A DNA stretch of 63,195 bases, counting the filler, from Salisapilia sapeloensis CBS 127946 (taxonomy: Eukaryota > Protista > Oomycota), in assembly GCA_023334545.1 (NCBI GenBank). It is 10 parts of 10 records of this genome, joined end to end, with 100 filler letters (N's around TTAATTAATTAA, not from the genome) between each part and the next. Parts side by side here need not be neighbours in the genome. Positions count along the whole stretch, not along the records: positions 1 to 21,313 come from JAADVB010000288.1; 9 more parts are not named here. The stretch is one strand, 5' to 3'. Positions 10,601 through 20,157 of this stretch are shown here, piece after piece; the stretch's first letter is position 1, and each line of letters begins with the position of its first letter. Under the pieces are notes generated by a model. The model was not told the DNA's origin. It saw only the letters and a program-made list of their open reading frames with translations, and made no database searches. The position numbers and the translations under genes are program-made.

Positions 10601-12416
10601 TCATGATCGCTAAAGCGCCTAGACCAGACGTCGCAAAGATCACAACGTGCTTTTTCTCAATGTTGCACAGTGGAGCACAGAGCCCGCAGGTCACAAGGAC
10701 AGCTACGAGACAACGTGCGAGGACTAACGGAAGGAATTGACCGATCAGCAGGCTGGCGAAGAGTCCTAGTAGCGCTCCTAATGCATACGTAGGGAAGAGC
10801 GCACAGATACCAGCAATGACGATGCCACTCATACAAGCGATGAAGACTTGGATCCAGGCCAAGTCATCCGCCGAGACAAAATTGAATGCACCATAGAACC
10901 CAGCGACAAGTAGCAAAGAACTCGTGTAAAACGTAGCGGACTTGGCATGGTTGACACCGCCAAAGGCGATCGCGGCACCGATGACCAGGTTCAAAAACGC
11001 GAACAAGTGTGTGAGTGCAGGACCAAGCTGCAGGGACACGTACCACGGCAGGCCATAGTCTACCGGATGCGTGTACACCCATGTTTGTGTCGGGAAGGCC
11101 TCTGGGTCACACCCGATGGACGTGTAGTTGTTCGGGTTACCTTGATAGACTCGTACGTAGTCAATGGTAAAGTTGCTTGGCCAGATAGAGTCACAGATCT
11201 GTCCGTGGCATGGCGGAGAGAATTTTTCGGACACAGCAGTACTTAAAATGAGGTAGCTTGGCTCCACCGGGATCATACGTGGTGGCACATTGTTGGACCA
11301 GACGTTCAGCGCGGAGCCTGGGATCTCAAAGAGGAAGTTGTAGTCCAACCACCATCGAATGTGACCGTCTGGACCGGGCTGCCAATCGAGCTGGTACAAA
11401 TGGTACGCAGTGAACGCGTTGGACTCGAGCTGGGTTAAAGCCGAGATGGCGTCTAGTCCGTTTTCACCGTAATAGTCGCTGTTGATGCGCGTAAAGTTAC
11501 CGTACTTGAGTCCTTGGTACCACTGTCCAGGGCCTGGCAGCGTCTCGGAGGCAGGACGAAGGTCGTCCGTGAGACTCGGTGTGATCTGGAGCGACGTGGA
11601 GATGAAAGCAGGCTTGTCTCGCGCTCGAATCTGTCCTTCCATGACGTCAATTTCAGTCGAGCCACGACCTTGGTAAGGGTTGAGGCCGTAGTTGACAGGA
11701 TACGAGTTCGGGTCGTGCTTATCCGTGAGGTTACCACAAGCACTGATCTGTTGCTTCTTCTTCTGCTGCTTTTCAATGTACGGCGCGCAGTAGTCAAAGC
11801 TCCATGGCCACTTTCCGTCTTGCGAGTCCGTGAAAGCCGCTCGACCGAGGTTGCCCATGATCCAAATGGCTGGCCAAGTACCTGGGATACCCCACTTGCC
11901 TGGCAAAATGGCTTTGACTTCGACAAAACCACCAGTGTAGCAAAACTTGTTCCATGTCTGGACACTTCCACTGACGTAATGCGCGCCGCGGTACTTTTCC
12001 TTTGGCTTGCTGGTCGTGATAATCAAGTTTCCCTTATCGACTTGGACGGCACTCGGTAGAAAGTAGTGTTGACCCATATTGGTTTTATCTCGAATGTCCA
12101 CGGCAGTCCATTTCGGATCAAAGCCAGCTTCGAACGTACGCTTACTGTCGTTGAACTCATCGGAGAAGATCAAGTCGTACTCCATCGGGTTGCCCGTGAA
12201 AATGTCGTACGGACCTTGCGGGACTTTAAACTTGTAAAACTCTTTTGGTGTCTCTGGATCGATCCAGTTATCCGTATGCAAATCATCTTCGTCTTGCACT
12301 GCAAGGGGAACGAGTGCATGGACGGAATGGAGGAAGCAAAGGGATAGGAGTAGGAGCTGACATGCTAGCAACCGGTGCGATCTTCCTCCGTGAGCAGGAG
12401 GAGAATACCGGTGCAT
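4602..12416 (-). CDS. 1,3-beta-glucan (callose) synthase GT48 fused to an N-terminal KRE6/SKN1-like GH16 domain and a DUF4203/TMEM198-like membrane segment (2604 aa, no introns)
   Basis: First ATG at 12416 (the track start at 12578 is GTG), followed by a signal-peptide-like stretch. GH16 motifs WPAIWIMGNLGRA and EIDVME. FKS1 motif WGEASNLRHVPE. GT48 motifs LRGQTLARTVQGM, GEGKPENQN, IDMNQD, EHIFTGSVSSL, HYGHPD, NLSEDIFAG, KGRDVG. Confidence 0.95.
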   Translation of the reverse strand: MHRYSPPAHGGRSHRLLACQLLLLSLCFLHSVHALVPLAVQDEDDLHTDNWIDPETPKEFYKFKVPQGPYDIFTGNPMEYDLIFSDEFNDSKRTFEAGFDPKWTAVDIRDKTNMGQHYFLPSAVQVDKGNLIITTSKPKEKYRGAHYVSGSVQTWNKFCYTGGFVEVKAILPGKWGIPGTWPAIWIMGNLGRAAFTDSQDGKWPWSFDYCAPYIEKQQKKKQQISACGNLTDKHDPNSYPVNYGLNPYQGRGSTEIDVMEGQIRARDKPAFISTSLQITPSLTDDLRPASETLPGPGQWYQGLKYGNFTRINSDYYGENGLDAISALTQLESNAFTAYHLYQLDWQPGPDGHIRWWLDYNFLFEIPGSALNVWSNNVPPRMIPVEPSYLILSTAVSEKFSPPCHGQICDSIWPSNFTIDYVRVYQGNPNNYTSIGCDPEAFPTQTWVYTHPVDYGLPWYVSLQLGPALTHLFAFLNLVIGAAIAFGGVNHAKSATFYTSSLLLVAGFYGAFNFVSADDLAWIQVFIACMSGIVIAGICALFPTYALGALLGLFASLLIGQFLPLVLARCLVAVLVTCGLCAPLCNIEKKHVVIFATSGLGALAIMTSLSYWFDSGDVAANVWELSGLFLGGVEPKSQHVCTGDECLLLYALFIGVAILGVVFQFYSTHGKTVFEVRSAKAKSTSISAGSDARAWCHQDESAHNDKSNYFSPDALPAHLRPFGNVIKTATNVQRTFGFQTTNLRNQAEHIIVLLANNSRKGANAYRALHAQVFGNYQNWCMKLRVEPLCWNESRPSRSGLSEVDEIAVDLCLFFFIWGEASNLRHVPESLCFLFHKMKQEYPGVRQTTREEGHFLDTVITPIYGLMKSQMGGNADHIDRRTYDDFNEFFWDASCLEYDYKYEAVNEIAASPNPAFFQKHRSGFFQTTSQSNGPKSVAEKLSESCDKSFLEKRTWLASLRAFFRLFEFHVVSFHFLVALAFANKQEMDLEDALQVISSTLITPFVLHGLRGGLDIFSIYDARMATSDLVRHALLLLSHLCLTVISIALYWQALNFGGAWWATYYSTMLFLHLPGLFNSVLQIMPQCMNWLRRTHWGPVAYARDLLSPMNRLYVGDNVLDTASQSFGYYVFWITLLTWKLFFSYKFEIAPVVVPTFLLYADHVENNVGMLPTAFLIFLNWMPFFLVYCVDMTIWNSIWLAFTGTFVGFSSRIGEIRNFTRVRAAFARAADVFNAKLISIQSKTGRELHKSSRHDSYGSVSSIRGHEVLDQVTGDPATSSMKRTNGKSDQTPLLSFSRRKQTADEILQARRQKWISFSVAWDVVIDTMRADDLISNKEKSLLHFQRLDGYQREIYLPQFQLAGCFESFCNAVENVYSREKDVTERTLQDALLEILGENVMFEEAVEEVWELARWVLINVLGPCHSNDVQFICSTLNSWASRGAFRALNLRKIGPFALALADLLSSLSSNLGGWKKNAKYIPVRKNPSDYSNYQFPQQQGLRGASSSGLTKSASTTGLSSLGGTVPRRSRGAGIGRIAAMQQGNSKPKDSKSKSGGSHVIPGTHLVQIRDKLRTFLNLGKTMLTRLDDIDNLQAESRGLADRLTWILTQERGFFWDDEYAGEQLTLTAFEKHADVVVQHLHGLLTLQKVDAEPRSYDARRRLLFFVNSIFMDMPLAPLLEEMKSWSVMTPFYAEDVLYSKTDLESKRDGLDVHTLLFLQTVYQQDWENFIERVKPKKNLWKNPDTAAELRLWASLRGQTLARTVQGMMYGEAAIRLLAEIEQVPTEKIEELVRTKFTYVVACQVYGRQKRNNDPRAQDIEYLLHRFPNLRVAYIDEVRVNYQKEQSYFAVLIKGSETQGQVEEVYRIRLPGNPILGEGKPENQNAAIVFTRGEHLQTIDMNQDGYIEESLKMRNLLEEFDSGSADRPTTIVGLPEHIFTGSVSSLANYMALQETSFVTLGQRTLTNPLRVRMHYGHPDVFNKLFFITRGGISKASKGINLSEDIFAGYNNCLRGGTVAFPEYVKAGKGRDVGMQQIYKFEAKLAQGAAEQSLSRDVYRIAQRLDFFKLLSFYYNHVGFYLTTSLIIWTVYILLYCNIFRALMALEGVGGREPVLLSNLQVMLGCVAFFTTAPLMATISVERGFKAALKEVFMIVVTGGPFYFLFHIGTKWFYYGQTILAGGAKYRATGRGFVTKHSRFDELYRFYASSHLYSAVEIAFGLSVYWLFTIGHQYFAMTWSLWLVAFSWYFSPFWFNPLAFEWADVTDDLRVWLKWMRGTGGNPEQSWEAWFREENAYFSKLRTWAKLCIAAKGVLYMCLALAILAANDSYHSLLHKKTWLPFALTFGIALVYVTISSLFFNTRQGETGLVRFLKSIWIVVCAGGIITLFMYVDGMFRCMLSMIYLAAAIASWSLLVFGATSRSVSSFYYVHDVLLGGVSFGFILLLSALYVPGKIQTWLLYNNALSRGVVIEDILRTNQGRDDQDDMSLHQMRDIIVEQQRVISALTLANGSDSGEEKNGQYHDSSAITHTLSDNALKAMRNVSETELTALQDASNRLSVIIQDEHRHSEEQAAQRDLNNRARRGYSNNDLLKLANDSLNDATSNNFTGGH

Positions 12417-12583
12417 GATCAAATCAGCTGTAGGAAGGAGGTAGGAGGTGAAGACAAGTTCTTGTTGCTGGATCGAATGAAAGCAGGTATCCAAAGTAGC
12501 TAGTAGAAAGGGGAGAATGCCTTTTGGCAAGGAGGCGGACGAAACGCTTCTGCCAACGGGGCAGAGATCTTGCTCCACTCGAT

Positions 12584-12597
12584 GGAATTGAAACTGA
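12584..12597 (-). promoter_or_regulatory. Candidate INR/FPR-like core promoter of the glucan synthase
   Basis: Minus strand reads TCAGTTTCAATTCC about 170 bp upstream of the ATG; only a partial match to the oomycete INR+FPR consensus. Confidence 0.35.
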
Positions 12598-12875
12598 CAC
12601 GATGCCAGTCGAAGACCAGCGGCTGCGCTTTATCAGACGGGTATTGTACGACCTGTCTATATGCAATGCATACTCAGGTATACGTTCTTTCTATGCGCGT
12701 CGACCGGAAAGGGAGGAGGAGGATACATATAGACAAGTTTATTTCGTGCTAGATTGTACAGGAGGAGGAGTCCAAGCAACTCATTGGTGTATTGTATAGG
12801 GAGGATCGCGTTGGCTATTGCCACGGTTTTCAGCTCTGATTCAGGACAGCCAAGCATATCACTTCATTGGACACG

Positions 12876-14954
12876 ATGTTGCGCCGGACACTGACGAGCT
12901 CGCTCCGCCGCCGTAGCGCACTGCAGAGTGCCTTCACGGGCAATGCGAACGTGTTGCAATCGACCCGATCCTTCTCATCCAACAACATCCCGACCGACAA
13001 GCTCCGTATGTGCTCTCGAGCTCCCTCGTGCCAGCCGTTGGCTAGTCAACGCGGCCATCTTCATGCATGATGTCACTAACGTTTCCATGCTTTTTAGGCA
13101 ACATTTCTGTGATTGCTCACGTCGATCATGGTATGTGATGCTATCTATATCATCCTATCTCTATCAAATGCTCATGCGACTGCATAATCAGGTAAAACGA
13201 CATTGGTGGACGAGATGCTCAAGCAAGGTGGAGCTGACCTCGAGTCGGATCGAGTGATGGATTCGATCGATCTCGAGCGTGAGCGAGGTATCACGATCAT
13301 GTCCAAGTGCACTCGTATCGAGTACAAGGACCACGTCCTGAACATCGTCGACACGCCTGGCCATCAAGATTTCGGTGGTGAAGTCGAGCGTGTACTGTCT
13401 ATGGTCGACGGTGTCGTGCTCGTCGTGGACGCGACGGAGGGACCGATGTCGCAAACAAAGTTCGTGCTCACAAAGGCATTGCAACGTGGTCTACGACCTC
13501 TTGTGGTTATCAACAAGGTCGATCGTGAAACCAGTCGACTTAACGGTGAAGTCGAGAACGAGCTCTTCGACCTGTTCGTTGCTCTAGATGCGACGGATGA
13601 GCAGCTCGATTTTCCTATCCTGTACGCTTCTGCGAAGCAAGGATGGGCTGTTCGAGACTTAGACAATGCCGATGAACAGCGCAATAGTATCATCCCACTC
13701 CTTGATGATATCATCGAGTACGTACCAAAGCCGGAAGCGGATGCGACAGCTCCGTTTGCCATGGCTGTGACTATGATCGGACACGACCCGTACGTTGGGC
13801 GTCTGGGCACTGGCCGTATCGAGTCTGGTACGATCAAAGTGGGCGATGCCATCCACGTCGTGAACCGCGATGGCAAGAAGCTCGAAGCTGGAAAAGTGAC
13901 CAAACTATATGTTACCCGTGGTGTCGTTCGTAGTGAAGTGGACTCTGCTTCGGCTGGTGACGTAATCACGGTCGCTGGTGTCAATGGCTACGTGTCCGAC
14001 ACGATTTGTGACCCGTCTGTGTCGGCACCGATTTCGTCGCCAAAGTTGGACCCGCCTACGATCTCCATGACGTTTGGTGTGAACGACTCGCCGTTGGCTG
14101 GCAAGGAAGGCAAGTACCTAACTTCTTCTCACATTAAGCAGCGTCTGCAGAAGGAAACCGAGAACAACGTTGCGGTGTCTATCTCTAACAGCTCTAGCTC
14201 CGAGGCGTTTAACGTCCACGGTCGTGGAGAGCTGCAGCTAGCTATCCTGATCGAAGAGATGCGTCGTGAAGGATTTGAGCTGAGCGTCTCTGCGCCGCAA
14301 GTGCTGTTCCAGTACGACCCGGAGACCAAGGATCGTCTAGAGCCGGTGGAAGAAGTGACAATCGATGTCGATGCCGACTACTCTGGCTCGGTCATTGACA
14401 AACTATCGAACCGTGGCGGAGAGATCATTGAGTTCAAGGAGATGCATGACAAAGTACGTCTGCTCTTCCGTATCCCGAGTCGATGCCTCATGGGATACCG
14501 AAGTGAGATCAAGACGGATACGCGCGGAAGTGGTGTCTTGCACTCGATCTTCCACGGGTACGAGCCGTTTGCTGGTGACTCGAGTATCCCGTCCAAGGGT
14601 AAGCTCATTTCGTCTGCTAAGGGCATGGCGACAGGGTATGCTTTGAACTCGCTCGAGGACCGTGGTGAGATGTTCGTCAAGCCTGGTGACGAAGTGTACA
14701 CGGGCATGATCGTCGGTGAACACAACCGACCGGTGGACATTGAAGTGAACCCGACCAAGGAGAAGAAGTTGACGAACATGCGTGCGTCCGGTACGGATGA
14801 GAACATCAAGCTGGCGCCTGCGAGGTACATGTCATTAGAAGACGTTGTGACGTATATCGGATCGGACGAGATGATCGATGTGACGCCGACGACCATTCGT
14901 ATGCGCAAGCGTGAGCTGTCTGCAAACGACCGCAAGCGCACACAAAAGAAATAG
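12876..14954 (+). CDS. typA: TypA/BipA translational GTPase, probably mitochondrial (3 exons)
   Basis: Exons 12876-13005, 13098-13130, 13192-14954 rebuild [18 protein letters not shown]. Also [33 protein letters not shown] and [15 protein letters not shown]. The N-terminus is Arg/Ser-rich with no acidic residues, like a presequence. Confidence 0.95.
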
Positions 14955-16503
14955 ATTGTTGACATTTGATTTTGTGCACAACGATGGTGTTGCGTTCCTT
15001 CTTCATGGAGTGTTTAAATTGTCAGGGGATGACGTTGGAGATGATCGAAGGGTGCTCTGACGGTAGAGGTGTATATAGGTGGTAATTCACATTCATAAAG
15101 TTGTTGGATAGTTTTAAGGAAGTTGCATAGGATGCTGAATGGCAGTCACGAGTACAGACTTGATCTTTGGCGTGGAGAAGCACTAGGAAAGTCATGCATG
15201 TTGGACACCCGTCTTGATATTTACATATGAGATTGGCTTAAAGATCGATTCTCCGTCAAGCTTATAGACAGGATGGATGGCCGAGCTGATGCGTATGGTA
15301 TATATCAAGCCGGATCTGGATAGGGCGACACTAGGTGTTTACCTCGGACAAAAACGGTCACATCATGTGACTCAATTTTGATTATGATGTGCTAGTTATC
15401 CTTTCCGAGTTGCTTAAAAATTGACTTACCAGCTTGTAGAGCATGTGCATACGCTACGAATTCTAGTAAGATAAAGATTTGGAAGTCACCATCAGCAACG
15501 AGGTGAAAGAAAGCTCGAGTAGTAACCGCCTCGTGAAACATAGCATTGAATGTATATTTTGCTGCCATTACATCACGCGAATGGTGTTTTTGCAATCGTT
15601 TTCCGCCAAGTTGCAATCGCTTTGAGTGCTTCTTCTACGCTTGCTTTTGCCCTCGTTTGGAACTTTGTGCTGGAAGATGAGAGGGGATTTATGAGAGGAT
15701 ATCCACAGTCCATATTGTAGCACGGTATGATGGTAGATAATGCCGATAGCTATTTTATACAAGCAGAATTGTAATACTAGAGGAATGGATTCCTTTTTCG
15801 TGGACGCGACAGAATGGACAATGACCGAGACCGAGTACGTAGTGATGATACCGTCAGCCTGGATGCTCGCCATTCAAAGTGGTTCAACAGTAAATTAAGC
15901 ATTGCAATACAAATGACTCCTTCACAGCTCATATCTCATGTCCGATTGCAATACAGATCTACTGCATGCTGCAGCATAGATAGATCCACAGGCGCGATGC
16001 GCAGAGGAGCACTGCATGCGTCGTTTCATCCTCCAAAAGTTACTAGATCGAATATTGGCCAATAAAAAAATGGACATGTTGAATTTCCACCAATATTGTG
16101 CTCTGCATAATCTACACGCCGCCACTTCCAGCAGCCCAAATATAATGCAGTCAGCAATGGTGTGCGATGGCCTCTTGGCAAGGCTTGATGAGCTTATGGA
16201 CTTTCTAAAATACGCACGAGATGAAAAGGCTGACTTCCATGGCATCGTAGGCCTATTCTAGTACTTTACAGCACTCTGAATGATAATAATGGACAAATGG
16301 TAGGTGACTTTCTTGTTCCGACCGAATGAAGCTCCGAATAGTAGCGATAATTTCGTCTGCGTCCGCACAGTCGACATGAGGAATGGTATGCATTCCAAGC
16401 GGACCTTTTCCTACAATAAAACTCAACTCGTTCATGCATAGGCATTCATATATCAACTGCACCGCTCCCTCTGGAAAGCCGTTTACAGGAGGATGTCGCC
16501 GAG

Positions 16504-17043
16504 GTGCGAGTAACCTTGGCTGACTTTTTGTACATGTACTCTGGGGAAGCAAGCCCAGCAGAGATTGCTAGCATGATCATGTCCGGTCGTGTATGTGTCG
16601 CCTGGAGTTCATACGGAAAGCTCAAGGCTTTTGCCGACTGCTTCGACTTTACAAGTGAAAAGTGGGATGCCTACTACGAGTACCTTGCCATCCGAGGATG
16701 TGTCTCTGTCCTTCCCACTTGCAATAAATCTTGCTGTGAATCAAGTACAAAGGAAGAAATTGACTCGGACTGGTTGTTGGTTGCCGATGCTTCGAGCACA
16801 ACGACAGCGAAAGCTGGTGATTGGGAAGTCGTGACGGACGCAGGTTGCTACTCGATCCCACGTGAACAGAGAGACAAGATGGTGGAAGTGATGGGAGAAT
16901 CCCAGCTTGACGCGTGGCTGCAGCGTCTAAGTGGTGGACATCTTCGTCAGACGCATGTGGAGCGAGTGCAAGAGAACGTCAGGAACTCGTTCCATGGACT
17001 TCGCGACATTGCTGAAAAGCTCTTTGTCTCAATGGAAGCGTAG
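16504..17043 (+). pseudogene. Unassigned 179-codon ORF, possibly the intact 3' remnant of a longer decayed gene
   Basis: Protein-like composition, no ATG at its start, and stop-interrupted protein-like frames upstream. No family recognised. Confidence 0.3.
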
Positions 17044-18081
17044 GTCGGAGACGATGAGGATACGACCTTGTACTTGAAGCGATTTATATACTTTATGTTG
17101 GCTATAAACTTGCTTGATTTACTTGTTTTTACTCTCGTACGAGAGTTTTTGACAAAGCTTTTCATGTCTTGCATAGACGATCTTGAGAATAGGATGCAAT
17201 GTATGCATGTAACATGCCGTCTTCGTAGCATGACCGTCTCCATTGCCGTTGGAGCAATAGAGATCTAGTGCATGATCTAGTGGCATAGCGCATGAAAGCC
17301 TAGTCCGGATACTGCGAAAAGGATACTGCTCAGGCGAGGCGAGTACACAACCGAATGCATGTAGAAACCGTAAGCTATTCCCTATGCCGAAAAGACGTGG
17401 CAGCTCATCTGCTGCTTTTAACAGTAAAAGGACTTTCAATCGTCAGCAAAAGGATCTGAAAGGACAAAGTTACTCTTCCTTATCGAGCGTAGTGTCTTTC
17501 CGGAGGGTGGAAAGACAAGGGTAGAATACGCTGGCATTGCGAAAGCAGTGCCATTAGATCGAGAAGTGAGTGCATTACCAGAAGCGAACAGACATCACAA
17601 GAGCAAGATAGCAAAGGTGTACTTATGTTACGACCTAGTGACATGATCGTCACTTCAATCGATGGACTCACTATGCTCGAAGCGCCACCACATACTCATA
17701 GACTCAAAGATCGTCGAGCTAGTCGTCATAGCCGTCGATATTTGCAATACCAAGTTTAATAACCCGAAATATATTTATACGATCGTCTTGAAGTCTTGAC
17801 TGACATGAATGTCACGTCTGCACGTTATCTATCTACTGTCAATTGCACGAAAGCAAGTCGTGTCTATCGTACTGGTCTGGCAGCACGTCTTCAACACGAA
17901 AGACTTCCTACCCCTGTCACGTCGTTCGATTGTGGCTTTCGACTAAAAAATTGTATAGTGATATCAGTCGATGCCATGTGGACAGCATGGCCTCTATCGC
18001 AAGCTACCTGGAGCCAGAGCCGTTGTTGCCCGTACCGTTCGCAGTAACGAATCGGCCTCGAGGTGCACACATACCTGCAAG

Positions 18082-19575
18082 ATGGCCACGAACACGTTTG
18101 ACGGAGAGTCCACGGCTCGAGCGAACGGAGCAAGCACTGAGTTTGACGTGGATAACGTAGCGTATGGTGCTGAGAGCACGAACCGAGCTGTGGATGTTGC
18201 GTCGGCTCCATTCGCAACGACGGACCCGGCAGATGAGAAGGACAATCTAGATGACATGCGTTCCAAGCTGGCTCAGAAAAAGAAGCCGATTTACGCTGGA
18301 CTTGCCTTCCTCGTCGTCGTCGTGATCTGTGTCAGTGTCGGTGTCAGCACCGGTGGTTCCTCCAAGGCCAATACCGAGTCGAAAAACGAAAACACGCCTG
18401 CACCGGAGCCGAAGACGACAGCTCCTTCTACTAGCGTCCCGGACGATGAAGGTCTTGTGAACCCCTACGGTTCATCCGCCAGTACATCCGCCAGTACATC
18501 GGCATCAGCGTCCTCGTTCTCTTCTGCCAGTAACTCGTCTGAAGGTTCCCAAGTCTGGAACGAAGACTGGGTCGGAGGCGACTATGACATCGGTAGCAAT
18601 GCTTCTGCTTCTGCTTCTGCCTCTGCATCTTCCTCTGCATCGGCTTCTGAACCACCATCTACAACCGAGTCACCGGCTACCACTGCACCTTCGACGCCTG
18701 AACCGACCACGACCAAGCCGCAAGAACCACCTGCCGAGTACACGGACATTGGCTTCGACTGGACGAACAAGGACAACTGGGAATACGCCGATGGTAGTGG
18801 CATTCCCAATGGCATGTTCGGTGACGACGGCATCAAACTCACGAGCAGTAACAGCAAGCAACCCATCCGGACGCATAAAGGATGGGGTGGTGAACGCGTC
18901 ATTCTTATTGAATGGGAACGCTCTTCCTCGAGCGACACGAACATTTGGATGCTCAACACCAAATTGCAGAGTCAATTCGGCAAAGGCAATGGTTGGCCGT
19001 ACTGGGGTGAGCTCGACATCTTCGAGATGTTCACACAGGACACTGTCGATCGATCTGGGTACAGCTTCTCTGGCTTCGGCGGTTTCTCCGACGTTGCTAG
19101 TTATGGGCAGCTCACTCTGCACATGGGTCCAGCAGCCGAGAACGGTGACCCGTGCTTCTGCCCAGCAAGTTTCTCCAAGAGTGCCTGGTACAAGAACATC
19201 CAACCGATGGTCTCTGGCTGCTCGGCGCAGTTCTCTAACGACGAGAAAAATTCGATTGCGACAGTCCTCGGCCGTGATGAAAACGGTCAGTTCTTGCAGC
19301 TTATCCAGAATCCGACTGTGACCAAGGGAGGCAAAGTGAACGATCAGGACACATACGACGTTACTCAAGGCAGTGGAGCCGTGACGGCCAAGATCTACAA
19401 TAACAAGGACCAATTCTGGGGCGCTGATGCATCGTCTCCATGTGCATCGGGAGGCGGTCACGACCCAGACACTGGATTCCCATTCTTCGAAGAATTCCGC
19501 ATCATTTTGGAAGAGCAGAAGAAGGATTCCGACGCTTGGTTCAAGGTGACCAACATCAAGGTGCTAAAGAAGTAG
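18082..19575 (+). CDS. Type II membrane GH16-like glucanase/transglycosylase with Ser/Thr/Pro-rich stalk (497 aa)
   Basis: ATG 18082; single TM IYAGLAFLVVVVICVSVGV; SASAS/EPTT linker; catalytic-type motif GWPYWGELDIFE (ExDxxE). Confidence 0.8.
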   Translation: MATNTFDGESTARANGASTEFDVDNVAYGAESTNRAVDVASAPFATTDPADEKDNLDDMRSKLAQKKKPIYAGLAFLVVVVICVSVGVSTGGSSKANTESKNENTPAPEPKTTAPSTSVPDDEGLVNPYGSSASTSASTSASASSFSSASNSSEGSQVWNEDWVGGDYDIGSNASASASASASSSASASEPPSTTESPATTAPSTPEPTTTKPQEPPAEYTDIGFDWTNKDNWEYADGSGIPNGMFGDDGIKLTSSNSKQPIRTHKGWGGERVILIEWERSSSSDTNIWMLNTKLQSQFGKGNGWPYWGELDIFEMFTQDTVDRSGYSFSGFGGFSDVASYGQLTLHMGPAAENGDPCFCPASFSKSAWYKNIQPMVSGCSAQFSNDEKNSIATVLGRDENGQFLQLIQNPTVTKGGKVNDQDTYDVTQGSGAVTAKIYNNKDQFWGADASSPCASGGGHDPDTGFPFFEEFRIILEEQKKDSDAWFKVTNIKVLKK

Positions 19576-20157
19576 ACCTGAGCTCTCCGAGCCAATTTTG
19601 TTCATTCTGTCTCGTAATCCATCTCGTTCTCTTGACCAATATATCGTTTTTATCTCTATCATGCAGTGCTTCTCGATGTCTTACATAAGCTCGAAACAAG
19701 CATGACATGCACAAACATGCAATTATACTCATTTAGAGCCAACGACCGCAGTAAATCTTCCCTCTACATGCGTACCCGACCATCGAATCATTCTGTTAGA
19801 AAATACAACTTTTCGTACCCATCTATTTATAACTTCAATACACCCGTCAAGTCGCTTGGCAACCTTCAATCGACTCATGATAGAAAGCCCAGGATGGCCT
19901 CGCGTGAAACACCTAGCTCGTCTCTTGATAGGAGATCAATGATGAAGATGAAGGAGGTTGACCATAGCACCATCCTCAAAGCGGTACCACGCTTCACTCG
20001 CGAAGTTGCCATTGCTCGAACAAGCACACTGACATGACCGACCGCTACACCAGCTACCATGTGCCTTCCCCAACACTGCCAACCTACCTACTCCGCCGAT
20101 CGTTTCCGCACTTCGTGTGAAGTCTTCCGTGACAGTATCTAAGCTGTAGTCACCACT

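Noticed and set aside
12417-12578. N-terminal extensions in the ORF track (12578, 3510, 17971, 37471, 53127, 58063)
   Set aside because: They use GTG/TTG starts or lie upstream of the promoter motif or signal peptide; the downstream ATGs fit better.
12876-14954. typA as bacterial contamination
   Set aside because: It has two spliceosomal introns and a targeting-peptide-like N-terminus.
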